A stretch of DNA of 64,000 nt from Gemmatimonadaceae bacterium (lineage in GTDB: Bacteria; Gemmatimonadota; Gemmatimonadetes; Gemmatimonadales; Gemmatimonadaceae), in NCBI GenBank assembly GCA_046704805.1, contig JBJKRG010000248.1, positions 20,602 through 84,601 of the forward strand, read 5' to 3'. The notes below the pieces were generated by a model. That model worked only from the letters and a program-made list of their open reading frames with translations, did no database searches and was not told the DNA's origin. Positions 44,727-55,075 of this stretch are shown here, piece by piece. A program made the position numbers and the translations under genes. Numbering within the stretch: the stretch's first letter is position 1; each line of letters opens with the position of its first letter.

Positions 44727-45877
44727 GGTCCCACCAGCTGCTGGAAGAACACAAGGTGCCGCCTCGCGACGACGGGCCAGGCGAATTCGGCTTCGGCCCG
44801 AACCCGGCCCCGCGCTCCCAAATCCCGCCGTGCGCCGGCATCCGACAGGAGGCGTGCCAGCGCATCCGTCCACGCCGCACCGTCGCCTTCGCGGACGACG
44901 ATGCCGGCATCCCCCACGACGTGGGGGATCTCCCCGCTGTCGCTGCCCAGGACCGCCACTCCACAGGCGAACGCCTCGACGATCATCCGTCCGAACTGTT
45001 CGCGCCACCTCGGCGTCGTCCGGCTCGGCGCACACAGCACATCCATGCATCTGAGATGACGCGGCACGTCGCCGTGCGCCACACCCGTGACGAGTCGCAC
45101 GCGATCGTCGCGCGTGGATGCGAATTCGCGGACGCGTCGTTCCAGCGGCCCGCCGCCCACCAGCAGCGCACGCCATGGCACGTCGCGGCGGTCCAGATCC
45201 TCAAGGGTGTCGAGCAGCAACGGCAGTCCCTTCTCCTCGACGAACCGTCCGAGGAATCCGACGACCGGCGGACCGTCCGCCTTCCACCCCAACTGTTGCA
45301 GTGCCTCGCTCCGTGAGGCATCGTCCGGCGAGAAGCGGGACAGGTCAACGCCGAACGGGATGACGGCGTGCGGCCGGTCGGCATACCCTGCGCGCCGCTC
45401 GAGCGTCGACGCGACGGTGGACCCGAACCCGATCCAGCCGGCGGCGTGCCGCATGCTGTATCGCTCCAGCGCACTGAACGGCAGGGGGTAGTGCTTGTCG
45501 ATGTTCTGGAAGCTCGCGTAGACCAGAGCCGACCGCCGGGGCACGGCGCGTGCGATCTGCGCGGCTGCCAGGACGTACGGCTCCTCCCAACAGTGCACGA
45601 TGTCCCACGACTCGCCGAGCAGCTGCCGCAGGCCGTGCCCGTACCGCATGAGGTGAATGCGCCGGGCACCGTGGACCGGGATCGGTCGCAGGTCGGTCCC
45701 TTCCTCCGGCTCGCGTGCCGTCGTGATCGGTCCGAAGTCTCCTGGAAAGTGCTCCGGAGCCACGACCGTGACCTGCCAGTCGCCGGCACCGGTGGCGGCC
45801 AGTGCTTCGGCGAGCTCACGATTCCGGCGGATGCAGTACGAGTGGCCGATCGTGAGCAGTCGGCGGCGGCCCGTCAT
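44723..45877 (-). CDS. Glycosyltransferase family 4
   Basis: Start MTGRRRLLTIGHSY. C-half CAPSRTTPRWREQFGRMIVEAFACGVAVL (EX7E). Confidence 0.8.
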   Translation of the reverse strand: MTGRRRLLTIGHSYCIRRNRELAEALAATGAGDWQVTVVAPEHFPGDFGPITTAREPEEGTDLRPIPVHGARRIHLMRYGHGLRQLLGESWDIVHCWEEPYVLAAAQIARAVPRRSALVYASFQNIDKHYPLPFSALERYSMRHAAGWIGFGSTVASTLERRAGYADRPHAVIPFGVDLSRFSPDDASRSEALQQLGWKADGPPVVGFLGRFVEEKGLPLLLDTLEDLDRRDVPWRALLVGGGPLERRVREFASTRDDRVRLVTGVAHGDVPRHLRCMDVLCAPSRTTPRWREQFGRMIVEAFACGVAVLGSDSGEIPHVVGDAGIVVREGDGAAWTDALARLLSDAGARRDLGARGRVRAEAEFAWPVVARRHLVFFQQLVGP

Positions 45878-46794
45878 GCCGGACTCCGATAGGCGGGCGT
45901 GTTTCGCACCAGGGACCGCCAGCGGCGGATCGTCCGCCACCGCACCGGGTGCCGCAATCGTCTGGCCGTCCGAAGATCTCGCGCCAACCACCGCAGCACG
46001 GCGCGGAATCCTCCGGGATCGTCCACGTGCCATCCCCTCCGCATGCGGAAGTACGCGAGCAGCCGCATCGGGACCCGGACGCAGAGAAGCGGCAGGGGAT
46101 CGTTGTAGACGGAGGCGAGCACTCCGTTGCGGACGGTGAGGTGCAGGTAGCGCTGGACATCGCGACCCTTCGGGTCGGCGAGATGGGCGATTCTCGCCGC
46201 CGGTAGGTACACGACCCGGAATCCGGCGTCGAGCGCGCGCACGCACAGTTCGCCTTCCTCGCCGTGGATGATGAGCTGGCTGCGGAATCCCCCGAGTCGC
46301 AGGAACGCGTCCCGGCGCACGAGATGGCCGAACCCGATGAACGCTGCGACCTGGCACGGATGATCGACCACGGCAGGCTGGACTGCGGCCGGCCAGGGGT
46401 CACCGTTCGCCTTGGCCTGCGCGAAGGCGATGGCGAAGATCGACGGATCGGCGGCGATCGTCTGCAGCGCAGCGTGCACGGCCTCCGCCGATACGATCAC
46501 CGCATCATCGTCGAGATTGAGCACCCAGGGAGACGTGGCCTGTCGAACGGCTTCCGAGCGTGCGGCTGCCACCCCCCGGGCCGGCGCGAACCGGGTCATG
46601 CGGAGCTTCCCCTCGAGTTCCGGTGGCACTGATGCGCGGACGGCCGGCTCTAGCGCCTCCGCCGAGCCGTCGTCCACGACCACGATCTCCGCCAGGATGT
46701 CGCCAAGGAGGCGGAGAGAGGTGATGCAGCGCGTCAGCGACTCCGGCCGGCCGCGGCTGGCGATACCCACGGACAGCGGGCGGGGCTCCGTCAT
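45874..46794 (-). CDS. Glycosyltransferase family 2
   Basis: Start MTEPRPLSVGIASRGRPESL. IVVVDDGS and NLDDD motifs. Confidence 0.8.
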   Translation of the reverse strand: MTEPRPLSVGIASRGRPESLTRCITSLRLLGDILAEIVVVDDGSAEALEPAVRASVPPELEGKLRMTRFAPARGVAAARSEAVRQATSPWVLNLDDDAVIVSAEAVHAALQTIAADPSIFAIAFAQAKANGDPWPAAVQPAVVDHPCQVAAFIGFGHLVRRDAFLRLGGFRSQLIIHGEEGELCVRALDAGFRVVYLPAARIAHLADPKGRDVQRYLHLTVRNGVLASVYNDPLPLLCVRVPMRLLAYFRMRRGWHVDDPGGFRAVLRWLARDLRTARRLRHPVRWRTIRRWRSLVRNTPAYRSPA

Positions 46795-47942
46795 GCCCCC
46801 GTCCGGTGGGCGATCGCCTGCCGGTACGACTCCAGCGTCCGCTCCGCGGTGCGCGTCCAGGTATGCGCCGTTGCAACAGGAAGGGCGCCGGTCGCCAGGC
46901 GTGCGCGCAGTGCCGGGTCGCCGAGAAGCCGCCGCAGCGCCTCCGCCAGATCGGTCGCGGAGCGTGGAGCCACGAGCCACCCGGTTTCGCCGTGCTGGAT
47001 GAGCAACTGTGCGCAGCCCACCGGGGTGGCGACGACCGGCAGCCGTTGCGTCATGGCTTCCAGAACCACCATGCCGAATCCTTCATAGGTCGACGGGAGG
47101 ACCAGCAGGTCGTGCGTGCGATAGTGCGCCATGACTTCGGCTTCTCCGACGCGCGGCAGCACCGTCACGGCGGGCCGGGTCGCAACCGGGAATTGCGAGA
47201 GCACCGCCGCCTCCGGGATTCCTGGCCCGAGGATCGTCAGTCGTGCGTCCGGGTCGGCTGCCGCCACTTCCGAGAACGCTGCCGCCAGGTATCGCACCCC
47301 TTTCACATCGTCCCACGTTCCGCAGAACAGGATGCCTTTTCCGCGCACGGCGGCATCAGCCGGTGGGTCGTCGAGGAACCGGCTCGAGACGCCGTGCGGG
47401 ACCACGTCGATCCGGTCCCTCGTCTTCCATCCCCTGTCGATCACGAAGGCTGCGTCGTCCGCATTCGGCACGATCATCCGATCGGCCAAGCGGGCCGCCA
47501 TCGCCACCTGCGACAGCCGGACGGCCGGGTACCACCATCGGCGATACCACCCCTTGCGGCTCAACCCCGCCGCGTGGTCATCCAGCAGTCGCTGGTAGTT
47601 GCGGTGCTCCAGTCCATGCGAACGGCTCACGATCGCGGTCAAACGGTCTGCCTGGATCGCGTGCCGGAGTCCGATCAGGCTGCCCTCGGCACTCGCGACG
47701 TCGATCACGTCATAGACTCCCGCGGCTCCACGCGTTGCCCACGCCATGAGGGCAGGGGTCGCCGCCCAGCGAAGCTTCGGATGCCGTGGACGTGGGCCCA
47801 GATCCGGGCCGAGTCGCAGGTCGCAGTGATGGCCGAGGCGCGTGAATTCCTCGCGCAGCTTGTAGTAGACCTTGCTCGATCCTAGCGTCGGGTCGGCCGC
47901 GTAGTCGCCGGCCAGCAGGATCCGGAGCGGAGTGTCCGTCAT
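46791..47942 (-). CDS. Glycosyltransferase family 4
   Basis: MTDTPLRILLAGDY...; LPSTYEGFGMVVLEAMTQRLPVV EX7E motif. Confidence 0.8.
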   Translation of the reverse strand: MTDTPLRILLAGDYAADPTLGSSKVYYKLREEFTRLGHHCDLRLGPDLGPRPRHPKLRWAATPALMAWATRGAAGVYDVIDVASAEGSLIGLRHAIQADRLTAIVSRSHGLEHRNYQRLLDDHAAGLSRKGWYRRWWYPAVRLSQVAMAARLADRMIVPNADDAAFVIDRGWKTRDRIDVVPHGVSSRFLDDPPADAAVRGKGILFCGTWDDVKGVRYLAAAFSEVAAADPDARLTILGPGIPEAAVLSQFPVATRPAVTVLPRVGEAEVMAHYRTHDLLVLPSTYEGFGMVVLEAMTQRLPVVATPVGCAQLLIQHGETGWLVAPRSATDLAEALRRLLGDPALRARLATGALPVATAHTWTRTAERTLESYRQAIAHRTGA

Positions 47943-48307
47943 CCGATTCTCCGCCGGCGCATCGCGTAGCGGGTTCGCGCCTCGACCACGCGCGCCGCCT
48001 GCAACGGACGCCCCTGGCGCAGCGAATCGGTGGTGAAGATGCGGCCGCGCAACTCGTCCATCATGCCCCGCGACTGCAGGTCGCCGCGACCTTGCACGAG
48101 GGCGGCGTGGAAAGCGACCCAGAGGGGAAAGTACGGCCGGTCGAGTGCCGCCAGGAGCCGCGTGTAGTCGCCGAAGGGAGCGTCAGCCCACTGCGGGTTG
48201 CCTACGACTGCGTCCGACCGGAGCAGCAGCACCGCAATCGCGTTCTGTTGGCGCCGCCCGGCGTCGTCCGTGGCAGGGTAGAGGCTCATGCCGACGACGC
48301 CGCTCAT
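47939..48307 (-). CDS. Hypothetical 122-aa protein embedded in the EPS operon
   Basis: Framed by ATGA overlaps on both sides, with high GC3. No motif recognised and no Cys residues. Confidence 0.45.
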   Translation of the reverse strand: MSGVVGMSLYPATDDAGRRQQNAIAVLLLRSDAVVGNPQWADAPFGDYTRLLAALDRPYFPLWVAFHAALVQGRGDLQSRGMMDELRGRIFTTDSLRQGRPLQAARVVEARTRYAMRRRRIG

Positions 48308-49473
48308 GCGATGCGCCCGGGAGGAGTGGAGAGGAGCGTCTCCACGGTGTGCCGCAGCGCGAAGCGCTGGTCGTACATCTCGAAACCGCCCGCGCCGAGC
48401 CGGCGCTGGCGCTCATCGTCGTCGAGCAGAGCCGCCACTGCGTCACGGAGTGCGGAGGGACGCAGGGATGCGGCGACTGCCACGGCCCCGTCGGAGATCC
48501 ACTCCTCCTCCGTAGCCGGCCCCCGGTTCGTCACCACCGGTACCCCGTTCACCAGTGCCGCCATGAGCGTCGTCCGGCGACCGCTGACTCCATCCGGATA
48601 GGGCTGGAGCGCGACGTCGCATGCCTTGAGACCGGCTGCCACGTCGCCGGGGGACAGATGCCCGGTGCACGTGATACGTGACTTCCATTCGTCGCGACCG
48701 GCACAGAGCCGGGCTGCGAACTCTGCCCCGCGCGGCCCAATGAGACAGAGGTGAACGTCTGGGCGGTCGGCCAGGATGAGCGCGAGCGCTGGTTCCAGCG
48801 TCCGCGCGAGGAGGGTGCCGTACGTCCCGAAATGCCCCACCACTCGAGCGCCTGCCTCGGGCGCCAGTCGGTGTCGCCATTCTGCGACGCGAGCCGGATC
48901 TCCGGCCGCCGGTATGGTCGATGGAATGGGAAGCCAGACGAATCGACGGGTGCGGGGCGCGTAGTGGGCCAGCCGGCGTTCCCACGCCTTCGTGGACACA
49001 TAGGCCACCCGGATATCGGAGAGCAGGAGCACGGCCATCAGGCGATTGACGACCGCCAGGAGATTGTGCTGCAGGGGCCACGCCGTGAATGGGTGGTACG
49101 GCTCGTGGAACATCACGCGGACGTCCGCCCCGGGACAGCGCGCACGCTCCTGGACCCAGCGGCAGAATCCGACATTCATCCCGCGCGCGCCGAACGCCTG
49201 CGGTACGTACTGCACGAGCAGCGTCCCCGGTTCGCCGTCGTTCTCCAGGGCCTGCGTGACCTCGGTGAGGGCACGGTCTCCAAAGACGCCCGGAATCCGG
49301 TGGACCTCCACGCCGGGCAGCGCTGATGCCGGTGCCGGATCGATCGATGGCGCCCACACGTGCATGCGGCATCCCGCTGCCGCGAGGGCGCTGGCCACCG
49401 AAGCGGTGTAGTCGCTCACGCCGCCGCTCTGTGGCGGATATTCTCCGGTGACGAAGTGCCAGGTGTCGCTCAT
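48304..49473 (-). CDS. Glycosyltransferase (GT-B fold, GT4-like)
   Basis: Start MSDTWHFVTGEYPPQSGGVSDY. C-half ...CDVALQPYPDGVSGRRTTLMAALVNGVPVV. Confidence 0.7.
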   Translation of the reverse strand: MSDTWHFVTGEYPPQSGGVSDYTASVASALAAAGCRMHVWAPSIDPAPASALPGVEVHRIPGVFGDRALTEVTQALENDGEPGTLLVQYVPQAFGARGMNVGFCRWVQERARCPGADVRVMFHEPYHPFTAWPLQHNLLAVVNRLMAVLLLSDIRVAYVSTKAWERRLAHYAPRTRRFVWLPIPSTIPAAGDPARVAEWRHRLAPEAGARVVGHFGTYGTLLARTLEPALALILADRPDVHLCLIGPRGAEFAARLCAGRDEWKSRITCTGHLSPGDVAAGLKACDVALQPYPDGVSGRRTTLMAALVNGVPVVTNRGPATEEEWISDGAVAVAASLRPSALRDAVAALLDDDERQRRLGAGGFEMYDQRFALRHTVETLLSTPPGRIA

Positions 49474-50654
49474 CGCGCCCCCTGCATCGCCACGTCGGCC
49501 AGCACGCGTTCGAGCGACGCTACATACGCATCGAGCGAGAGTCGTGCAGCCGCTTCCCGCGCCTTGAGTCGCCGTTGCTCGAGCATCGGCTCGTTCCGGC
49601 GTGCTTCTACGAGTGCGCGGGCCAGGCCGGCCGGGCCTTCGGCCGCAGGCACCAGCCATCCATTCTCCCCGTCCCGCAGCCACGTTCCGATGCCTCCGGT
49701 GTCGAACGCAACCGCCGCCGCTCCGTACGCTCCGGCCTCCAGCCCCGTGAGTCCGAACGGCTCCGGCCATCGGCTCGGGACGGCCACGAGGGACGCGTTG
49801 CGGAAGAGTTCCGCGCGCTGCGCACCGGCAACCCACCCTGGAAAGGCGGCGTCCACGCCCAATGAACGGCTGAGCGCCTGCCACGCGCTCCGTGCCGGCC
49901 CGTCCCCGGCCAACGTCAGCGGTACGGTGGACCCGAGCGCTGCCGTCGCCAGTGCCGCGGCGCGGATCAGGAGGTCGCCGCCCTTGAGCGGAGTCATCCG
50001 ACCGAGGAACAGCACCCGGAACCGCGGCGGCAGCGGGGTGGCCCGGGGCGGGAGGTGCGGCGCGAACAGGGGGATGACCGTCACCCGATTCGCGGGAACC
50101 CCGTTGCGCACGAACTCACGGCGCATGTGCTCGCTGGCGACCACGACTTCCGCATACCGGGAGAAGAGCCTCCGCTGCTCACGCGCCCATGCGTACTGCC
50201 GGCGCAGCCGGCCGGGACGCCACTGCCCGCAGTGTCGCGGCAGATACAGCAGAGTGCATGCGGCGCCGAATCGCCGATCGCATGCCACGCTCCGTGGAAA
50301 GGCGTGCATCTTCTGCCCGCTGATGCACGTTCCCGCATAGGCATGCATCATCTTCACAACAGGCGCCTGCTTGAGCAGCAACGATTCGGCCTGGAGCGCC
50401 CGCATGTTGTGCGAGAACACCACACCGGGGTGCCAGCCAACGGCGTTGCGGACCGCCTCCGTAGTCCCGGACTCCGCGACGCAGAAGTGCGGAGACGCGG
50501 CGCCGAGAGGCGAGTCCTGGGGAGCCCGCAGCCGATCGAGGTGCAGCAGCGCCAGCTCGTGCCCCCGGTCTCGCAGCGCGCCAGCCACCGCGGTGAGGTA
50601 GATCTGCACTCCGCCGGCGTCTCCGACGCCGTCGTTCACAAAGAGGATCCGCAT
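49470..50654 (-). CDS. Glycosyltransferase family 4
   Basis: MRILFVNDGVGDAGGVQIY...; VPSRWPEPFGLTGLEAGAYGAAAV EX7E motif. Confidence 0.8.
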   Translation of the reverse strand: MRILFVNDGVGDAGGVQIYLTAVAGALRDRGHELALLHLDRLRAPQDSPLGAASPHFCVAESGTTEAVRNAVGWHPGVVFSHNMRALQAESLLLKQAPVVKMMHAYAGTCISGQKMHAFPRSVACDRRFGAACTLLYLPRHCGQWRPGRLRRQYAWAREQRRLFSRYAEVVVASEHMRREFVRNGVPANRVTVIPLFAPHLPPRATPLPPRFRVLFLGRMTPLKGGDLLIRAAALATAALGSTVPLTLAGDGPARSAWQALSRSLGVDAAFPGWVAGAQRAELFRNASLVAVPSRWPEPFGLTGLEAGAYGAAAVAFDTGGIGTWLRDGENGWLVPAAEGPAGLARALVEARRNEPMLEQRRLKAREAAARLSLDAYVASLERVLADVAMQGAR

Positions 50655-50695
50655 CGGTCAGTGACTCTCCGCGCAGGAAACCCCGTGGCCGGACA

Positions 50696-51604
50696 TTATG
50701 CGATCGCGCGCCGCCGTAGCCGGCGTCCGCCCTCGCGGAACAGGGCCCGGACCGTTCCCGCCGCCGCCGCCACACCGAGTCTGCGACGCCACGTCCGACG
50801 GCGTCTGGTGTGCTCCCGGACGATGACCCCGTCCCAACGTTCGTGGAACAGCACCGCGTTGCGGAGTGCCGCCGCCTGGCGCTTTCCCCAGTGCGTCCGT
50901 CCGAACGTCGAACTCAACAGGTGCTCGTACGCGCCGTCACGCTCGTACCCGTGCGTCGCAACCGACCACCCGGCGGCCCGGATCCGAAAGCAGAGGTCCG
51001 CCTCGTCCCATTCCGTGGGCCGGAATGCTTCGTCGAGCAGCCCCACCCGATCCAGGCAGGCGCGTCGTACGACCCACGGCCGTACGACCGCATCCACCTC
51101 CGTCAGCCGGAGCCAGTTGAGCGGGGCAGATCCGATCGTACTCTGCAGGCGTCGCCAGTCGATCGAGTCCTCGAATGTCCGCACAGGCTCGCTCATCGGC
51201 GCGCACTGGAGGCCGCGACTCAGACTCAGCAGCCCGATCTCCAGATAGCCTTCGAATGTCGCGAGCAGCTCCGGGACGAACCATCGGCTCTCGAGAAACA
51301 TGTCGTCGTGCCAGCTCATGATCAGTGGTGCCCGGGCTTCCCGGATGCCGCGATTCGTACACATGAGCTCGTGCACGTCGTCCTCGTGGAACACGCGAAG
51401 GTCGATTTCGCCCCACGGCTCCGTCTGGATGCCACACAGATACTCCGCCGTGCCGTCCGTACACCCGTCCTCGATCACGAGGAGCTCCACGGGCTGGCGT
51501 GATGCGAACCGCTTCCATGCCTCCAAGCACCGCACCAGCACCGGCTGGTTGTCGTGGGTCGCGATGATCACTGAGAGCCGGGGTGCGCCCGAGGCGGTCG
51601 TCAT
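50696..51604 (-). CDS. Glycosyltransferase family 2
   Basis: Start MTTASGAPRLSVIIATHDN. LLVIEDGCTDGT and SWHDDM motifs. Confidence 0.8.
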   Translation of the reverse strand: MTTASGAPRLSVIIATHDNQPVLVRCLEAWKRFASRQPVELLVIEDGCTDGTAEYLCGIQTEPWGEIDLRVFHEDDVHELMCTNRGIREARAPLIMSWHDDMFLESRWFVPELLATFEGYLEIGLLSLSRGLQCAPMSEPVRTFEDSIDWRRLQSTIGSAPLNWLRLTEVDAVVRPWVVRRACLDRVGLLDEAFRPTEWDEADLCFRIRAAGWSVATHGYERDGAYEHLLSSTFGRTHWGKRQAAALRNAVLFHERWDGVIVREHTRRRRTWRRRLGVAAAAGTVRALFREGGRRLRRRAIA

Positions 51605-52554
51605 GTGGCCCGAGCGTAGGCTTGGAGGTGGAGAGCCAGCGGCGTGCGTGTCCCTCCGGGGAGCGTACGGGCGCCCGCGTAGGCGGCCCGCCGCACGGCA
51701 TTCATGGCGAGGCGGCCGACGGGGCGCCCGCCGTTGCGCTGTACGACTTCGGGTGCTGCCGGGCGAACCTCGACGCCCCCGAACCCCGCCCGCTCCAACG
51801 CCATGGTCAAGGTGCGGGGGGAGAAGTGATTCACGTGCACCAGATTGTCTGCGACCGTCGCGCGATAGCCGCGCACGAGGCCGGCGCGAATCGACTCCTT
51901 GTGGAGCTGGACCGGTCCGTTGGGGACCTTCACGGCAATCCATCCGCCGGGCGCGAGCACGCGACGCGCCCCCGCCAGAACGGGAACCGGATCGGGAATG
52001 TGCTCGAGCACGTCGATGAACGTCACGGCGTCGAACCGCCGGCCGGCATCCGCCAGCGTCCGCGCATCGGCCCGGTGCACCGGCAGGCCCGTATGGCTCG
52101 CGGCAAACGCCGCCGTCTGCGGATTCAACTCGATGCCTTCCGCGGTCCACCCCGTGTCATGAGCAATGCGAAGCAGGCGACCGACGTGGGCGCCCAGGTC
52201 GAGAAGCGTTCGGCGCGTTGGCGGGAGCCTGCGCCCCAACTCCGCCAGCACTGTTCGGAAAATCAGGTCCTTGTAGGCGCTGTCGTATTCGCGCGCCATC
52301 CATGCCTCCGACCACCGCTGGTCGTACATACGGGCGAAGAACCCGTCGAGCGTTGGGAGTGCCTGCGGCTGCCCGAAACCGCAACCGCCACAGCGCGCCA
52401 GCATCACGTGATGGCCGGTGTACGCGGCGAGTCCCGGATCCTGGGCGGCATACATCGAGAACTCGAAGATGGCTTCGTGCACGGCACGAAGGTCGGTTCC
52501 GCCACAGACCCAGCAGGCGGGGAGCGGGCTGAACAGGGGCGACAAGTCGGTCAT
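51601..52554 (-). CDS. Class I SAM-dependent methyltransferase with N-terminal Cys-rich segment
   Basis: Start MTDLSPLF. CWVCGG...CGGCGF, then LLDLGAHVGRLL and FIDVLEHIPDP. Confidence 0.8.
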   Translation of the reverse strand: MTDLSPLFSPLPACWVCGGTDLRAVHEAIFEFSMYAAQDPGLAAYTGHHVMLARCGGCGFGQPQALPTLDGFFARMYDQRWSEAWMAREYDSAYKDLIFRTVLAELGRRLPPTRRTLLDLGAHVGRLLRIAHDTGWTAEGIELNPQTAAFAASHTGLPVHRADARTLADAGRRFDAVTFIDVLEHIPDPVPVLAGARRVLAPGGWIAVKVPNGPVQLHKESIRAGLVRGYRATVADNLVHVNHFSPRTLTMALERAGFGGVEVRPAAPEVVQRNGGRPVGRLAMNAVRRAAYAGARTLPGGTRTPLALHLQAYARAT

Positions 52555-53687
52555 CGGGCAGTCTCCATGAGCTGGACGATGCGCCCCGCCATGTCGTCCC
52601 AACTCCAGGCGCGCAGTTGCGCCGACAGCGTGTCGGCGACCTGTGCCCAGGTGTCGGGCGCAGCACGCCACCGCCGCAGCGCTGCCGCCAGTGCCCCGGT
52701 ATCGTCCGCACGCTCCGGTTGCAGGGGCTCCAGCCCGCTCAGTCGCTCGGCGACACCGGAATCCGGGCTCACGATTGCTGCAAGTCCGCAGCTCACGGCT
52801 TCGTGCACGGCCAATCCGTAGGCTTCGTACCGGGCCGGCGCGACGATTCCGTCGCAGGCCCAGAGCACGGCGCGCACGTCCGGCGTGAATCCCAGAAACC
52901 GGATGTGCCGATCCAGGCCGGCAGCTTCCGTACGACGGCGCCATGCCGGGAGCTCGCGTCCCGAACCGGCCACGACGAGGCGTGCGTCCCAGTCGGGATC
53001 CCGACAGAGCTCGTTCCACGCGGCGAACACGATGTCGAATCCCTTCCGGCGGTCCCCCAATGCGCCGACGAACGCCAGACCGGGTCGCGCGTCGCTCCAT
53101 CCGAGGCGTTCGCGTGCCTGTCGCCGCTCCGCCGCCGTCGGCGGTCGGTGCCAGGCGGCGTCGGTGCCGTAGTACACAGTGTGGATTCGCGCGGCGGCAA
53201 CGCCTACACGTTCCATGAGTTCGCGCCGCGTGCGGTCCGAGTTGGCGATCACCAGCCGGGCTGCGGTGAGCTCTCGCCGCTCGGCCGTGACGTGTCGACG
53301 GTGCATCCAGCGCGCGAGCGCCCGCCGGAGCGGTGGTGCCGCGAGCTCCGGCGGGTGCCCGGCGTGTACATAGTGGACCCAATTGGTGTCCGAACTCGGG
53401 CAGTTTCCGCCGTTGACGACCTGGTGCCCGCCCTGGTCGGCGACGCGGCGGGCCCAGTGCCGTCCGGCACGATGCAACCGTCCTTCACCAAGGAGGTACG
53501 ATCCCAACGGCTTCGCCACCCGGTGCCAGTGCACACCTGGCATGTCCGCCAGTTCCGGGTCGACACGGTGCGCCACTACGTGGACGTCCGTGTTTCCCTG
53601 TGCAAGATGCCGGGCAAGGTAGAAGTTGGCGGCGTCCATCCCACCCGTGCGGACCAGGTCCCCCGCGACGATGAGGAACGGCGTCAC
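52551..53687 (-). CDS. Glycosyltransferase family 4
   Basis: GTG start at 53687 (GTGA overlap). TPFLIVAGDLVRTGGMDAANFY...; ARYEAYGLAVHEAVSCGLAAIV EX7E motif. Confidence 0.75.
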   Translation of the reverse strand: MTPFLIVAGDLVRTGGMDAANFYLARHLAQGNTDVHVVAHRVDPELADMPGVHWHRVAKPLGSYLLGEGRLHRAGRHWARRVADQGGHQVVNGGNCPSSDTNWVHYVHAGHPPELAAPPLRRALARWMHRRHVTAERRELTAARLVIANSDRTRRELMERVGVAAARIHTVYYGTDAAWHRPPTAAERRQARERLGWSDARPGLAFVGALGDRRKGFDIVFAAWNELCRDPDWDARLVVAGSGRELPAWRRRTEAAGLDRHIRFLGFTPDVRAVLWACDGIVAPARYEAYGLAVHEAVSCGLAAIVSPDSGVAERLSGLEPLQPERADDTGALAAALRRWRAAPDTWAQVADTLSAQLRAWSWDDMAGRIVQLMETAR

Positions 53688-55075
53688 GCGTCGGCCGGTT
53701 CCCGCCAGCGGTCGTGCCGTGCCTGCGTGCGCGCCGCGGCGAACAACACCGAGTTCAGCAACCAGAATTCCATACCCGTCTGTGAGAGAAAGACGGGGTA
53801 CGAGAACGTCATCGCGAACGTGCCCACCGAGTAACCGAGAATTACCGTTCCCCAGAGCGGCAGGGTGGCGTCGTTCCGCCGCTGGCGTCTGGCGATCTCG
53901 AGCGTGGCCAGCAAGGTGACGATCAGCGCCCAGACGTAGGCGACGGTGAGGGGAAGCCCGCCGTCGAGAATCCATCCTGCCCACTGGATCTCTGCCCAGA
54001 GGCTGGGATTCGGATCCGACTTGCTGCCGAAATACGCGTTCATCATGCCCCACCGACCGATCCCCGCACCCAGCGGGTACTTCGGCAGCAGGTCCTCGAA
54101 TGCCTGTTTCAGAAACTGGCCGCGGTTCTGGTCGTAGACCTGTACGGGCGCGCCCGCCGCCAGGGTCCCCAGACGCTGTTCCACGCTGCCGCGGGCCAGT
54201 GACGTGGCGCCCCGGAAGCTTGCGAGGACCACGACCACCAGAATGACGGCGAATCCGCTCAACCGCCGGTAGTCGCGCCGGAGGAGCAGCACGCCGGTCA
54301 CCGAGACGATGCTGATCCCGGCTACGACCATCTCCACCCGGACCTGCGACAGATAAAGGGCCGTCAGCCCCGCCAGCACGCTGCCGACGGCGGCGACCGC
54401 AAGCCAGCGCCGTTTCGAGGTCAGATACATCCCGATGCCGAGTACGACCGCGTAGAGCCCCGATGTGCCGGCGCCGCCCGGAACATCCGTCAGTCCCATC
54501 GGACGGTATACGCGGATCCCTCCGGTGGTCACGATCTTCAAGCTCTCCGCGTACCCCTTGCCGAGGGCGAGGATGACCGGCGAGACGTTTGGCTGGAAGT
54601 GGCCGGGAAAATAGACCTGAAGGATCCCGACGATCGATCCCACAGTGTGAAAGCCCCACAACACCACCAGCAGTGTCCGGAGCGTCTTGGTGGTGACGCT
54701 GAGCCTCGGCACCCAGAACAGCGGGGCCATCACGGCGACGTACAGCCCCACCTGCGCCAGCGCGGCCGGCAGCACGGCTGCAGTCGGGTGGAGCACGCCC
54801 AGCATCAGAAGCACGAATACGACGATCGCCGTGTTCCGCGCCGGGTGCGCCGAAGCCTTGCCCTGCACGAGGACCAGGAAGATGAGACTGCTGCCGAATG
54901 CGGCCATCCGGATCAGCGTACGGGCGCTGCCCAGCGGACTGATGATCGCCAGTTGTGAGACGACCTGGATGATGATGAACCAGCGGATCCAGAAGTCGGC
55001 GGTCCGCTCGTCCGGCGTCATCACCATTGATACCGCATGGCGCGTGATGGGCGTGTCCCTGGCGACGGTCGTCAT
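53684..55075 (-). CDS. O-antigen ligase/polymerase-like (Wzy-type) integral membrane protein
   Basis: Start MTTVARDTPI. About 10-12 TM segments with a large loop, resembling the Wzy_C/O-antigen ligase architecture. Confidence 0.7.
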   Translation of the reverse strand: MTTVARDTPITRHAVSMVMTPDERTADFWIRWFIIIQVVSQLAIISPLGSARTLIRMAAFGSSLIFLVLVQGKASAHPARNTAIVVFVLLMLGVLHPTAAVLPAALAQVGLYVAVMAPLFWVPRLSVTTKTLRTLLVVLWGFHTVGSIVGILQVYFPGHFQPNVSPVILALGKGYAESLKIVTTGGIRVYRPMGLTDVPGGAGTSGLYAVVLGIGMYLTSKRRWLAVAAVGSVLAGLTALYLSQVRVEMVVAGISIVSVTGVLLLRRDYRRLSGFAVILVVVVLASFRGATSLARGSVEQRLGTLAAGAPVQVYDQNRGQFLKQAFEDLLPKYPLGAGIGRWGMMNAYFGSKSDPNPSLWAEIQWAGWILDGGLPLTVAYVWALIVTLLATLEIARRQRRNDATLPLWGTVILGYSVGTFAMTFSYPVFLSQTGMEFWLLNSVLFAAARTQARHDRWREPADA

